The translations under genes and the position numbers were made by a program. From IMG/VR virus record IMGVR_UViG_3300017917_002068, positions 32,001 to 96,000 of that record: a stretch of DNA of 64,000 nucleotides. One strand, given 5' to 3'. Shown here one piece after another: positions 1 through 10,615 of the stretch. The DNA is from a virus. The notes beneath the pieces were generated by a model, which saw only the letters and a program-made list of their open reading frames with translations, was not told the DNA's origin and made no database searches. Position 1 is the stretch's first letter; each line of letters begins with the position of its first letter.

Positions 1-1
1 A

Positions 2-2806
2 CCACTTAACGGATCATTAATCGACGTTAATCACACAGGCGATCCGGGAGCTCCATCTAGATTAGGAGTGGAAACATATCAGGTTACTTCTGTTTCTACT
101 GATAATCTTCCTTCAGGTGTAGCACAGTTAGGACTAGCTGCAACAGGAACACCGGTAGGTTTGAAACTAGATGTTCCTGCTAACAAACAGGTAATCATTA
201 GATGTAACGACGAAGTAGTTCTTTCTAATAAAGAAAATATTGTTGCTACCAGACCTTCAACAGCTTTGATATGGGATGAAAACAGAAATAACGTTACTCG
301 TGTTTTAAGTTTCGCTACTTTCTTAGGTCAAGATAATCTAGAAGCAGACGTTGTTACTACTAGCCGAGATGGATTTGATTATGTCTCTATGGTGATTCCT
401 AGAGCAAACAATCTTTCGATCCAGCCGCCAGGACACGGTGGAGTAGGCGATACTAGAATTGCTATCGATTCTCTAAACTTCGAAGATGCTAATAGATTGC
501 TATTTCCTACAACAGGACAGATGATCTATGACGGTTCTACTATTGGAACCGGTGGCATGATATTCGGTTGGGGCGATAGCATCTATGAAATAACAAATTA
601 CGAAGTCATCAATCCTGGAGATCCGGATAACGAGTATGGCCGAGTTACATTTAGAAATGTAACATTGACTCTAGCAGAAAATCCAAGTCAAGGTTTAACA
701 ACCGCAATTACAGGGATTCCTGGTAACCTTGAACTTTATGCAGGTCTTAGAGCCGGAGCTACTGGTGATGTAACAGTTAATATTTCTACTATGAGAGCTA
801 CTGGTCACGATTTCTTAGATATCGGAACAGGTTCTTATGCTGACACAAATTACCCAAGTAACATTTATGGTCCGCCAAGGAATTCAGTTAATCAAGAAAA
901 CGAAGCTGTGGAAGTTGGTAAAGGACGTGTTTTCTACGTATCTACCGACCAATCAGGAAACTTTAGAGTAGGTCAGTTGTTTGGTATTGATCAAGGTACT
1001 GGAGTTGTTGATCTTGGTGCTAGAATTTCTCTAACTAACGTTCAAGCTCTGCGACTTAAAGCTGGTGCTCAGGTAGTTGAATTCTCAACAGATATTACAT
1101 TAGGTGGTACAGGACCAGCTGCTAACGATCAAGTACCAACAGAGAATGCTGTTAGAACATATATCGATAAACGTCTTGGTCTAAGGCACACAGGAGGTGT
1201 ATTAGGAACTGGCTTGATTGGTCCTGGATTCTTACCTCTAGACGGTAGTGTAGGCATGAAAGCGCCGATCGACATGGACAACTTCACTATTAAAAATTTA
1301 CCGTTGCCGGTTAATAATCGTGATGCTGCTCCGAAAGATTTCGTAAGGTTAGCTAATCTAAGAGACGCACCTAGCGATTGGTTAGATCCTACTCCTGCGT
1401 ACAACACCGTTGATGCTCAAATCTTAGCATTTACTGGAAGCGGAGCAGGATTTATCAACGTGACTGTAGCAGGAGACATCACTGTTTCTAGATCGAGTAG
1501 AACACTAACGGCTACCTTAAGTAACAGTGTTGTTAGCAATGCAAATGTAAATGCAGCAGCGGCTATCGCGCAATCTAAATTAGCTCTTAATTTAGCTGAA
1601 TCTAGGTCAGCTGCTCCGACCGGAACTGCTGCTCAGAAACAAGCATTAAGTGGGTTATCTAGTTTCGATGAAACACAATTTACAGTCACCGACGGATACG
1701 TGACCGTAAAAACATCAACCGGAATAACAGACGGTATTCCAATCACCAAAATTACACACATCGATCCTACAGTGATCAACGTTACTGATAACAGCAGTTT
1801 AGCTACTACCGGTAAGGTGTTAGGTCGAAGAAGAGGCAGCTCTACCGGAGCCATTGTTCCAATTGATTTTAGAACTGTCATTGAAGACGGTGACGGTCTT
1901 GCTAGAAATGAAGTGCCTAGTCTGGGTGTCGTTGCTCGACTTGATACAGGCGTCGGGTCTGGAAAATTTGGAACCATTAGCTACGGTAATGGAAATAATA
2001 ACGGACATATCGTACAGCGAGACACTACAGATGGTGGATTTTCTGCAGGTACTATAAATGCTATAGCGGTAGGCGTTACAGGAAATATTACAGCAGCGGC
2101 CTTAAGGATTACTAGAGGAACAACTACACAAACTGTAATTGAAAGAATAGCAGATGGCGCACTAACTGGAGATCACTATACACAAATCAATGACGGCAAC
2201 GGAGCTATAGGAATTAGAATCAACACATCAGTTGGTGGATCTGGCGACACTGCTAAACAATATACAGATTATTATGCTCGCATACATAACTTCAGAGATA
2301 AAGCAGGTGGAGCTGGAACTGTTAATGTTGGATCAGGTGGTAAATTAACTACCGGATCTACGGCCAACGGTGGCACTATTGAAGGTCAATGGAGTCTAGG
2401 TTCTGGATCTCGAATGCAGGCTACTTGGGCTGACTTAGCTGAATATTATACTGCGGATCACGACTATCAGCCTGGTACAGTTCTAGTTTTTGGCGGAGAT
2501 GCCGAGGTTACTACGACTAACAAAAAAGCAGATACAAGAGTAGCTGGGGTAGTTTCGGAAAATCCTGCATATCTAATGAATGCAGAGTGTCCGGGGACTA
2601 GGGTAGCCGTAGCTCTACAAGGTCGTGTTCCATGTCAGGTTATGGGCAAAGTCAAAAAAGGTGACCTAATGATCAGTGGAAATATGCATGGTGTAGCTGT
2701 TTCTGCGGGCTCAAAAGCACAAGCAGGAACGATTATAGGTAAAGCATTAGAAGATTACGATTCCGATGAAGTGGGTGTAATCGAAGTTGCTGTAGGAAGA
2801 TTATAA
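2..2806 (+). CDS. Large tail fibre/baseplate-associated protein, 5'-truncated by the window
   Basis: Frame is open from nt 2 through the GTG at 68. G/T/S-rich beta-type sequence. C-terminal ADLAEYY..DYQPGTVLVFGG..GVVSENPAYLMN..VALQGRVP domain typical of phage fibre chaperone/peptidase-like ends. Confidence 0.75.
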   Translation, partial: PLNGSLIDVNHTGDPGAPSRLGVETYQVTSVSTDNLPSGVAQLGLAATGTPVGLKLDVPANKQVIIRCNDEVVLSNKENIVATRPSTALIWDENRNNVTRVLSFATFLGQDNLEADVVTTSRDGFDYVSMVIPRANNLSIQPPGHGGVGDTRIAIDSLNFEDANRLLFPTTGQMIYDGSTIGTGGMIFGWGDSIYEITNYEVINPGDPDNEYGRVTFRNVTLTLAENPSQGLTTAITGIPGNLELYAGLRAGATGDVTVNISTMRATGHDFLDIGTGSYADTNYPSNIYGPPRNSVNQENEAVEVGKGRVFYVSTDQSGNFRVGQLFGIDQGTGVVDLGARISLTNVQALRLKAGAQVVEFSTDITLGGTGPAANDQVPTENAVRTYIDKRLGLRHTGGVLGTGLIGPGFLPLDGSVGMKAPIDMDNFTIKNLPLPVNNRDAAPKDFVRLANLRDAPSDWLDPTPAYNTVDAQILAFTGSGAGFINVTVAGDITVSRSSRTLTATLSNSVVSNANVNAAAAIAQSKLALNLAESRSAAPTGTAAQKQALSGLSSFDETQFTVTDGYVTVKTSTGITDGIPITKITHIDPTVINVTDNSSLATTGKVLGRRRGSSTGAIVPIDFRTVIEDGDGLARNEVPSLGVVARLDTGVGSGKFGTISYGNGNNNGHIVQRDTTDGGFSAGTINAIAVGVTGNITAAALRITRGTTTQTVIERIADGALTGDHYTQINDGNGAIGIRINTSVGGSGDTAKQYTDYYARIHNFRDKAGGAGTVNVGSGGKLTTGSTANGGTIEGQWSLGSGSRMQATWADLAEYYTADHDYQPGTVLVFGGDAEVTTTNKKADTRVAGVVSENPAYLMNAECPGTRVAVALQGRVPCQVMGKVKKGDLMISGNMHGVAVSAGSKAQAGTIIGKALEDYDSDEVGVIEVAVGRL

Positions 2807-2816
2807 TCCAAAAGTT

Positions 2817-2824
2817 GGTAAATA
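2817..2824 (+). promoter_or_regulatory. Putative T4-like late promoter (GGTAAATA)
   Basis: NNTAAATA motif just upstream of a structural gene; the motif recurs before other late-type genes. Confidence 0.5.
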
Positions 2825-2843
2825 TAGGATATAGAGTAAAAAT

Positions 2844-3530
2844 ATGGCGATACAAACTATCAATTTAGGAAATGTTGTAAATGACGGTTTAGGCGACGAT
2901 CTACGCACGGCATTCCAAAAAGTTAATAATAACTTTGCTTCTTTAGAAGCAGAATTGTCTGCGACTGGAGAAAATATTGGTAGTTCGGGCATAGGTATTT
3001 TTAAACAAAAATTAGAAGAAAAATTACAGTTTAAAAAACTTGCAGCCGGTGACTCTACTGTGATCATAACCGATGATACAGTAACTAACACTGTAAAAAT
3101 TATCGCACCGTTACAAAATACATTCACTACTATTGTAGCAGGCGGCGAGAATGTATCTGCTTCAACACCTACTAGTTCTGTGTCTTTTGTAGCAGGAGAT
3201 AATATTTCTATTACCAAAGCTGGACAAAATATCACAATCTCAGCTTCAAGATTATCATCATTAGATGGTGATCTTAATTTAAACAATTTTGATATAGTAG
3301 GTCTCGGTGATATTAATATCAATGGCACTGTTACTGCTAATAATTTTCTAGGCACAGTCTATGGCGAAGATATAAGACCTATCAGCGATGCTGTCTTTGA
3401 TTTTGATTTCGGGCAGATTGTTAGAGGTAGTTACAACAATGTTACAGAATTTTTATTAAGCAACGGTGATTACGACTTTGGAACTATTACATCACCATCG
3501 GATCTAGAATTAGAACTAGGAACCATATAA
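2844..3530 (+). CDS. Baseplate protein with T4 gp9/gp10-like N-terminus
   Basis: N-terminus QTINLGNVVNDGLGDDLRTAFQKVNNNF. Confidence 0.7.
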   Translation: MAIQTINLGNVVNDGLGDDLRTAFQKVNNNFASLEAELSATGENIGSSGIGIFKQKLEEKLQFKKLAAGDSTVIITDDTVTNTVKIIAPLQNTFTTIVAGGENVSASTPTSSVSFVAGDNISITKAGQNITISASRLSSLDGDLNLNNFDIVGLGDININGTVTANNFLGTVYGEDIRPISDAVFDFDFGQIVRGSYNNVTEFLLSNGDYDFGTITSPSDLELELGTI

Positions 3531-3542
3531 CGGAGAACTCGA

Positions 3543-4931
3543 ATGGCATTAAAACTAAGAAAAGGTACTGACGCAGAAAGATCATTGGTGACTTTCTCCG
3601 AAGGTGAATTAATTTATACAACTGACACTAAACAGATATTCGTAGGTGACGGTTCGACTGTTGGAGGCGTGTTTGTTGGTCCAGCGAGTTCTGAAGCATT
3701 TTCGTTAGGTGGAAATTTAACACTTAATGGCTACGATATCGTAGGAACCGGAAATATTAATATTAACGGAAATATAACAGCATCCGGAACTATTAATTTA
3801 GGTGATAATGCCAGCGACAATGTTGTATTCAATGCTGATGTAAATTCCGATATTATTCCTAATACTAATAACACATTTGACCTAGGTAGTTCTAGCGCAA
3901 GATGGGCTGAAGGTTGGATCAACACGATTACTGCTACATCAATCAACGCCGGGACCATATCCGGTAATTTAACAGGAAGTGTAGTAGGAGATATTAAAGG
4001 TAGCGTATTTGCCGATGACTCATCTATATTAGTAGATTCAACGAATGGTGTATTACGAGGAACTCATATTGGTAATGTTACTGGTAATGTTACTGGTAAT
4101 GTTTTAGCTACAGATAATTCAACTATGGTGAATGCTACTTTAAAGACATTCACTGGAAATCTCACTGGAAATGTCACTGGTGACTTAAACGGTACCGTTA
4201 CTGGAGCATTTTCTGGACAATTATTAAACGGTGCGGGAGAGGTATTCTTAGATACTACCAGCGGTATAGTTCCAACATTACCGGCCAACATCATCGGTGA
4301 TGTTGAGGGATCTGTGTATTCAGATGCTAGCACTATGTTAGTAGATGGAACTAACGGTAGGATTATGTTAGATGGTACTGTTGATACCAATATCATTCCT
4401 CAAAATACCAATGTACATTCTATTGGTTCAAATGCTTACAAATTTAATAATGCCTATTTAAATGGTACTTTAACCATCGGCGACAAAACAATCAGTTCTA
4501 GCGATGAAAGCTTATTATTTAGAGGGCTACTATCAACTCGCTCTCCTGTAACTGTAACATTAGATGGCGATATCGTTGGAACTAGCATTACTTCTTTCAA
4601 AGTCAATGACACTCTAGGAATCGAAAATGGTGCGGTATTTTATCTCCCAGGAACAGGATTATTAACTGTACAATCTACCAGCGGTGGAGATACCGTTAAT
4701 ACAACAACATCATTTACAGCATCTGATGCTGGAGATGGTGACGAAGTGATTTTTTATAACCCGGAGATCAGAGTAGCTTCTTATAGAAATAGTACTCCGT
4801 CTCAACAGGGCCAACCCGGAGATGTTAAAGGAATGGTCTATGCCGATACCAGTTATATCTATGTATGTTATGCTGATTACACCGACGGTCTTAATCCTAT
4901 CTGGTCAAGATCTGCTATAACATCATGGTAA
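3543..4931 (+). CDS. Tail fibre/structural protein with Mtd_N/hyaluronidase-like N-terminus
   Basis: LKLRKGT..EGELIYTTDTKQIFVGDGSTVGG; GNVTG repeats. Confidence 0.65.
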   Translation: MALKLRKGTDAERSLVTFSEGELIYTTDTKQIFVGDGSTVGGVFVGPASSEAFSLGGNLTLNGYDIVGTGNININGNITASGTINLGDNASDNVVFNADVNSDIIPNTNNTFDLGSSSARWAEGWINTITATSINAGTISGNLTGSVVGDIKGSVFADDSSILVDSTNGVLRGTHIGNVTGNVTGNVLATDNSTMVNATLKTFTGNLTGNVTGDLNGTVTGAFSGQLLNGAGEVFLDTTSGIVPTLPANIIGDVEGSVYSDASTMLVDGTNGRIMLDGTVDTNIIPQNTNVHSIGSNAYKFNNAYLNGTLTIGDKTISSSDESLLFRGLLSTRSPVTVTLDGDIVGTSITSFKVNDTLGIENGAVFYLPGTGLLTVQSTSGGDTVNTTTSFTASDAGDGDEVIFYNPEIRVASYRNSTPSQQGQPGDVKGMVYADTSYIYVCYADYTDGLNPIWSRSAITSW

Positions 4932-4943
4932 TAGGAATTGACT

Positions 4944-7565
4944 ATGTCTATAAATTGGACCACTCCCCAGGGTAGTCTAGCAACCATCCAGGAACGAACA
5001 AGACAAGACATAGAACTTGTAGCAACTTCAACTTCCGGTACTGTTAATTTTAGCCTTCAAGCAGGCAATCTTCCAATCGGACTAAGACTTGAAGGTAATA
5101 GAATAAAAGGAACTGCATTAGAAGTTAGAAAAACTACAACTTCTAGATTTGTTATTAGAGCCGAAGATGCTGAAGAAAAGAAAGATCGAACCTTTTCGAT
5201 CACTGTAGAAGGCGCCGACGCTCCTATCTGGGTCACACAGGAAGGTCTATTACCAGTAGGTCCCAATTCAACGTTTTTTGTATTAGATAACGACAAAGTC
5301 GATTTTAGATTAGAAGCACTAGATCCAGACATTCCAGCAGGTGATGAATTAGAGTATTACATTCCATGGAATGGTGGAGAGCTACCACCAGGTCTTTCTC
5401 TTTCAAGCGACGGTAGAATTTCTGGTTTCACTGATCCTATATTTGCTATAGATTACGACATTTATAGCGGTAACTTTGACGAGCAGTTATTTGATTCTGC
5501 TCCTTACGATCTAGGCATAAGACCAACTAACGGTTATGATACATTCGGCTTCGACGAACAAAGCTTTGACTATTTTGATTCGAACGTTTTTCCGAGAAGA
5601 CAGACTAGATATTATCAATTTGTAGTAGTAGTATCTGATGGATTGAACGAAACTAGAAGAAGTTTTCAGATCTATGTTGTCAGCGAAGATTTTTTAAGAG
5701 CAGATAACACCATAATACAAGTAGGAACAGGTATCTTCCGAGCAGATAATACCTACATTAGAAATCCTATTTGGATCACTGAACCAGATCTTGGTATGCG
5801 TAGAGCTAACAACTACGTAACTGTATATCTAGAAGTTTATGATCCGCCCACATTACCTGGAACTATATCATATCGATTTGAAATCGTCAATCCGGAAATG
5901 ACAGCAACACTGCTAGAAAGAGCAGTCGATCAGCAAGATTATTTTGATGTAGAAATCAAACCAAATATCAAAGGCGAATATGCTGTTCCGAAAAGAAATC
6001 AGAAGGTCGCTATTGCCGAAGTATATAATTTTATCGACAGCACACTAGGTGCTTACACTATAAGAACTGTTCAAAATATATCAGCTAATAGATATAGGTT
6101 ATATATAGATCCCGATGTCACTGCTCGAGTCCGTAGCGGTGCTGAATTAATCATAGGAACACCTAGCGAATTACCTCCAGGATTAGAACTAGACACTATT
6201 ACCGGAGAACTTACTGGTAAGATTCCGTACCAACCTAGAATAACTAAAACTTATAATTTTACTGTAACTGCTACTGCATTCAATATTGATGCAGAAGCTA
6301 GAGCCTCTACTCCTAGAACATTTACAATTGATATTATCGGCGAAATAGAAAGTGGAGTCCAATGGATCAGTCCTCCGAGACTAGGTACTATAAGACCAAA
6401 TAAGGATAGTATGCTATTTGTCGAAGCAATTTCAAAACTTCGAGGCGGAGCGGTGTTATTTGAGTTAGAGTCTGGAAAACTACCTCCCGGATTAAAATTG
6501 TTACCTTCGGGAGAAATAATAGGAAAGGTCAATCAATTTGGTTCAGGTACCGTTGAAGGTCTTACTAGATTTTATGAATGTGACCCTAGAGATTCGGTAA
6601 CAAAAGAATGTTTAATTGATTCGAATAAAAATTACAACTATGTATATGATAGCGGTAAAACTACTTTCGATAAAAAATATACTTTTGTTGTCAAAGCTAA
6701 AGATATTTTTAACTATGCAGAAAGTTCTAAAACTTTCCAAATAGAAGTAGTTTCTGAAGCAGACAGTGTTTTTGCTAATCTATTTGTCAAAGCCTTCCAG
6801 AAAAAATCTAAAAGAAATACCTGGTATAATTTTATTTCAGATTCTGCAGTATTTGTTCCTGAAAAAATTTATAGATACGGAGATCCAGCATTTGGAGTGC
6901 AATCCGAAATTAAAATGCTATTGTACGCTGGTATCGAAAGTGTAGAAGCTATTAACTACATACAGGCCATGAGCCGAAACCACTACCGAAAAAAATTACG
7001 TTTCGGTAATGTAAAAAAAGCCGTGGCTAAAGATCCCATAACTCAGGAAATTATCTACGAAGTTGTGTATGTAGATATCATCGATAACTTACAAAAAAAC
7101 GGTGTAAGCATCTCCGAAACTGTCAATTTGCCAAATCGAATAAGCAGTCCTGTATTAGTAAGCGGAGATTCTATCACTGTAGATAGTGATATTCCTTTTA
7201 TCAGCGATCGAGATCATCAAAGAATATTTCCAAACAGTATTAAAAACATGAGAAACCGTTTAAAAAATATTGTTATAAATGAGGATGACTCTACATCAAG
7301 AAACATAGACAGAGATCGAACATATTTTCCTCTCTGGATGAGGAGCATACAGCCCAACAGTTTCGTTGAACCTGGATTTGTAAGTGCGTTACCTTTGTGT
7401 TATACTAAGCCAGGACAGGCAGATAGCATAATTTTAAATATTAAAAATAGTGGATTTGATTTTAAAATATTGGATTTTGAAATCGACAGATACCTAATCG
7501 ACGCCATTGACGGTGTTTTAGAGGATAAATATCTAGCATTTCCGCAACGTGGAGAAAAAGAATAA
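4944..7565 (+). CDS. Ig-like repeat virion/baseplate protein
   Basis: Repeated G.LPPGL.L...G.I.G putative Ig motifs; structural operon. Alternative TTG start at 4938. Confidence 0.65.
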   Translation: MSINWTTPQGSLATIQERTRQDIELVATSTSGTVNFSLQAGNLPIGLRLEGNRIKGTALEVRKTTTSRFVIRAEDAEEKKDRTFSITVEGADAPIWVTQEGLLPVGPNSTFFVLDNDKVDFRLEALDPDIPAGDELEYYIPWNGGELPPGLSLSSDGRISGFTDPIFAIDYDIYSGNFDEQLFDSAPYDLGIRPTNGYDTFGFDEQSFDYFDSNVFPRRQTRYYQFVVVVSDGLNETRRSFQIYVVSEDFLRADNTIIQVGTGIFRADNTYIRNPIWITEPDLGMRRANNYVTVYLEVYDPPTLPGTISYRFEIVNPEMTATLLERAVDQQDYFDVEIKPNIKGEYAVPKRNQKVAIAEVYNFIDSTLGAYTIRTVQNISANRYRLYIDPDVTARVRSGAELIIGTPSELPPGLELDTITGELTGKIPYQPRITKTYNFTVTATAFNIDAEARASTPRTFTIDIIGEIESGVQWISPPRLGTIRPNKDSMLFVEAISKLRGGAVLFELESGKLPPGLKLLPSGEIIGKVNQFGSGTVEGLTRFYECDPRDSVTKECLIDSNKNYNYVYDSGKTTFDKKYTFVVKAKDIFNYAESSKTFQIEVVSEADSVFANLFVKAFQKKSKRNTWYNFISDSAVFVPEKIYRYGDPAFGVQSEIKMLLYAGIESVEAINYIQAMSRNHYRKKLRFGNVKKAVAKDPITQEIIYEVVYVDIIDNLQKNGVSISETVNLPNRISSPVLVSGDSITVDSDIPFISDRDHQRIFPNSIKNMRNRLKNIVINEDDSTSRNIDRDRTYFPLWMRSIQPNSFVEPGFVSALPLCYTKPGQADSIILNIKNSGFDFKILDFEIDRYLIDAIDGVLEDKYLAFPQRGEKE

Positions 7566-8164
7566 TGGCAAGTGAAATTATATTCAGCACAATAGACGAA
7601 GAATTTCCTGCAGCTGGGCAGGACAACGATACCCAAGGTTTTAGAGATAATTTCAGTATTATCAAAGCTGCTTTGGCTAAGGCTTCAATCGAGATCGGTA
7701 CGTTACAAAATAACACTGCCGGGCTCGAACTTAGCGAAATCGAAGGAGGTAGTGATTTCAATGAAAATCTTATTTCTAATGCAACGTTAAAAGGCAACAT
7801 AGAATCATTAGTGAGTCAAGGTTCTAGAACTGGATCTGTAGAACTTAATTTTGGTAACGGAAACTATCAAGTCGTTAAGGTCGAAGGAGGAAATATTGAT
7901 TTTAACGTGGTTGGTTTCCCTCAAGAAGGTGCTGCAAAGATTACTCTCGAATTATTCGGAGACGGAACTGCAAGAACTGTTACGTTCTCAACTACCGATG
8001 CAGGACTAGTTACATTCAAAAAAAGTAGCGGATTTCCCGGAACCTTACAAGTTACCAGCGCAGATAATCCTGTATTAATCGAAATTTATACAAGAAAGAA
8101 AAATGCAGATCCTGGTCTTTTGCCAAGGATTATATTTCTTAATTATCTAGGACAGTTTGCATAA
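7565..8164 (+). CDS. Virion structural protein
   Basis: FPAAGQDNDTQGFRDNFSII N-terminus resembling the gp9-like anchor; coupled to the upstream gene. Confidence 0.5.
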   Translation: MASEIIFSTIDEEFPAAGQDNDTQGFRDNFSIIKAALAKASIEIGTLQNNTAGLELSEIEGGSDFNENLISNATLKGNIESLVSQGSRTGSVELNFGNGNYQVVKVEGGNIDFNVVGFPQEGAAKITLELFGDGTARTVTFSTTDAGLVTFKKSSGFPGTLQVTSADNPVLIEIYTRKKNADPGLLPRIIFLNYLGQFA

Positions 8165-8409
8165 TGGATTTTCATCCGCTCGGCGGAGATATCGGCACTA
8201 TGAAAGATGCCGAAGTCGAAGCCAAATTACAAGAACTAACCAAAAAATACTTCCAGGCGCAACGTTTGGGCAATTATCAGCTATTGACACAGCTCTCAAC
8301 TTTTGTTAATATATACAGAACAGAGTTAAACTTGAGATATCAAAAAGCAGCAAAAGCATCTCAAGGTAACTATGACGGAGATCTGGATCAACTGATAAAT
8401 GTGGATTAA
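8164..8409 (+). CDS. Hypothetical protein
   Basis: 81 aa ORF, start overlaps the upstream stop. Confidence 0.6.
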   Translation: MDFHPLGGDIGTMKDAEVEAKLQELTKKYFQAQRLGNYQLLTQLSTFVNIYRTELNLRYQKAAKASQGNYDGDLDQLINVD

Positions 8410-8887
8410 CACTGACAAAGACCTAATAAAAGGATTACTCAATCACGGACCTACAGTATTAGAAAATGCTGTAGTTTCTGAGATCAGTGATAACTTTTCA
8501 AATTATCTAGATAGGATAGTAGTAGAAAAATTAAACTATCCTAAACCAATCACTGTAGATAAAATTCCAATAACTAGAAGGTGGTTTATTCCTTCGGAAT
8601 ACAAAACCATGGACATACAGAAATATTTGGTAGATCTATGTCCAAAAGAAAACTACGATAGATTACATACAGAATTAAACCTATATCGCGAATACGATAT
8701 GCTAGATGTGCTTTGTGCTATGAAATATATCGTAGATACACTAAGATCTAATAACATCGTCTGGGGTGTCGGACGTGGATCTAGCGTGGCCAGTTATGCA
8801 CTCTATTTGATAGGGGTTCATAAGATAGACAGTGTTAAATACAATCTACCAATAGAGGAATTCTTCAAAGGAGAAACAAATGGGTAA
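8399..8887 (+). CDS. DNA polymerase III alpha (DnaE)-like fragment
   Basis: RL..EL..Y....M...L....YIVD.LR...IVWGVGRGSSVASYALYLIGVHKID matches the DnaE palm N-part; only 162 aa. Confidence 0.75.
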   Translation: MWINTDKDLIKGLLNHGPTVLENAVVSEISDNFSNYLDRIVVEKLNYPKPITVDKIPITRRWFIPSEYKTMDIQKYLVDLCPKENYDRLHTELNLYREYDMLDVLCAMKYIVDTLRSNNIVWGVGRGSSVASYALYLIGVHKIDSVKYNLPIEEFFKGETNG

Positions 8888-9110
8888 AATTTATAAAACC
8901 ATGCAGGGCAAAGAAATTGACATGGAAAAACTAGCACTAAAGAACGAAATGGTGCAGGCTGTAGGAAACGCTAGAGTAAATGCTCGAGGCGACGAACTAG
9001 GTCCGGGCGGTCAAGTTATTAGGAAAAGAGAAGATATTCTATCAGAATATTATTCTAAGAATCCTAGAACAGTAAAAGAAGAGACACCAAAGAAAAAGAA
9101 AGGTCAATAA
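8880..9110 (+). CDS. Hypothetical protein
   Basis: 76 aa ORF with GGAG SD, coupled to neighbours. Confidence 0.6.
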   Translation: MGKIYKTMQGKEIDMEKLALKNEMVQAVGNARVNARGDELGPGGQVIRKREDILSEYYSKNPRTVKEETPKKKKGQ

Positions 9111-9490
9111 TGGCAAAAGTTAAAGGAAATATCAAGCCTCTCCACAAACGAGTTGCGGTTACAGATATGGAGTTTGGTGAAAAAATTAGTTCTTCTGGTT
9201 TGATCATTCCTAGCACGGACGGAAAAAGCAGCGGAGTTCATCCTCGCTGGGGCAAAGTTTATGCCAAAGGAATCGAAAACACTGACGATTTTGATATCGG
9301 GCATTGGATTCTTGTTGAACACGGTCGATGGACTAGAGCTATCACTGTTGAACAAGACGACGGGTCTGAAATCAAAGTATGGGTTGTTGATGAGAACGGA
9401 ATTATCGGTTGGTCAGAAGATGAGCCAGAGGAGATGTTAGTCGGAGATTTAAGTGTCGGAGTTGCACCACCTGTTAATTTAGAAGGTTAA
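9110..9490 (+). CDS. groES: GroES-like co-chaperonin
   Basis: IKPLHKRVAV..EKISSSGLIIP..GKVYAKG pattern. Confidence 0.75.
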   Translation: MAKVKGNIKPLHKRVAVTDMEFGEKISSSGLIIPSTDGKSSGVHPRWGKVYAKGIENTDDFDIGHWILVEHGRWTRAITVEQDDGSEIKVWVVDENGIIGWSEDEPEEMLVGDLSVGVAPPVNLEG

Positions 9491-9491
9491 A

Positions 9492-9863
9492 ATGAGTAAT
9501 CCATTTCGCGATCAAGAAAAGTTCATGCGAGCCTGTGACCAATCAGTCGAAGGCTTCAACCAAGAACAATTTAATTTGTATGTTAAACTCATCGATGAAG
9601 AGTTCAATGATGAACTAAAAGCTGCCATAAGTAATAACGACCCTGTAGAAACACTAGATGCACTCTTAGATATACTAGTTGTAACTATCGGTGCAATACA
9701 TAGTATGGGTGCAGACGGTGAAGGTGGCTGGAAAGAAGTCATGCGAACCAACTTTGCTAAGATTGACAAAGAAACAGGCAAGGTTCGCAAACGCGAAGAT
9801 GGTAAGGTTCTTAAACCTTTGGGTTGGACTCCTCCGGATCTCAAACCTTTTATTACCAAATAA
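9492..9863 (+). CDS. MazG-like/PRA-PH nucleoside triphosphate pyrophosphohydrolase
   Basis: LIDEE..EL..ETLDALLDILVV..EVMRTNFAK..REDGKVLKP.GW.PPDL. Confidence 0.75.
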   Translation: MSNPFRDQEKFMRACDQSVEGFNQEQFNLYVKLIDEEFNDELKAAISNNDPVETLDALLDILVVTIGAIHSMGADGEGGWKEVMRTNFAKIDKETGKVRKREDGKVLKPLGWTPPDLKPFITK

Positions 9864-9867
9864 ACAC

Positions 9868-9892
9868 AAAGGGCTTGACTAGCCCTTTTTTA
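9868..9892 (+). terminator. Rho-independent terminator
   Basis: AAAGGGCT-tgact-AGCCCTTT followed by a T run. Confidence 0.75.
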
Positions 9893-9903
9893 ACCTGTAT
9901 AAT
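9875..9903 (+). promoter_or_regulatory. Sigma70-type promoter
   Basis: TTGACT-17 nt-TATAAT; ATG 6 nt downstream. Confidence 0.75.
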
Positions 9904-9909
9904 TTTTAA

Positions 9910-10359
9910 ATGAAAATCGGTTTCACATGTTCAACGTTTGATCTGTTTCATGCAGGTCATATCATGATGCTCAAAGAAGCAAAAAGCCAATGCGATTACC
10001 TTATAGTAGGTTTGCAGACAGATCCTACTATTGATCGACCTAAAGAAAAAAATAAACCTGTACAAAGTGTATTTGAACGATTCGTGCAGCTACAGGCCTG
10101 CAGGTATGTCGATGAAGTTGTCGTATATGCTACAGAAAAAGAACTAGTAGATATATTGCTTTCCTATCCTATCAATGTTAGAATATTAGGCAATGAATAT
10201 GAACATAAAAGTTTTACCGGAAGAGCCGAGTGCGTTTCTCGTGGAATAGAGTTTTATTTCAATAATAGATCGCATAGTTTTTCCACTACAGAATTACGGC
10301 AGCGTGTTATAGATGCCGAAGCAGACAAATTTTTAAAAAAGGTAGATAATAATGAATGA
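9910..10359 (+). CDS. Cytidylyltransferase (TagD/RfaE-like)
   Basis: TFDLFHAGH motif, LIVGLQTD, FSTTELR. Confidence 0.85.
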   Translation: MKIGFTCSTFDLFHAGHIMMLKEAKSQCDYLIVGLQTDPTIDRPKEKNKPVQSVFERFVQLQACRYVDEVVVYATEKELVDILLSYPINVRILGNEYEHKSFTGRAECVSRGIEFYFNNRSHSFSTTELRQRVIDAEADKFLKKVDNNE

Positions 10360-10615
10360 ATATGAAAAAAATATAGAAATAATGAAAGATTTAAAAAATC
10401 GTTTAGATGCTGTGATTAACAAAGAAGAGTCAAAAGAACCAGCAGCCGATGTTAATTATAAACATCCCGATCCCATCAAACACAAATATATTAGTTTTGC
10501 CAAAAGTGGTTTTAGGATTTTAGCAGGTATTGCACTATGCTATAGTATGTTTTGGCATGCTGGCGGTCTTTTAATTCTAGCAGAAGTTTTAGGAATTGCT
10601 GAGGAAATGGTATGA
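10352..10615 (+). CDS. Small membrane protein
   Basis: C-terminal hydrophobic hairpin ending [11 protein letters not shown]. Confidence 0.55.
   Translation: MNEYEKNIEIMKDLKNRLDAVINKEESKEPAADVNYKHPDPIKHKYISFAKSGFRILAGIALCYSMFWHAGGLLILAEVLGIAEEMV

Noticed and set aside
3543-4931. Diversity-generating retroelement suggested by the Mtd_N-like N-terminus
   Set aside because: No reverse transcriptase and no TR/VR repeat pair seen in the window; this N-terminal module is common in ordinary fibres.
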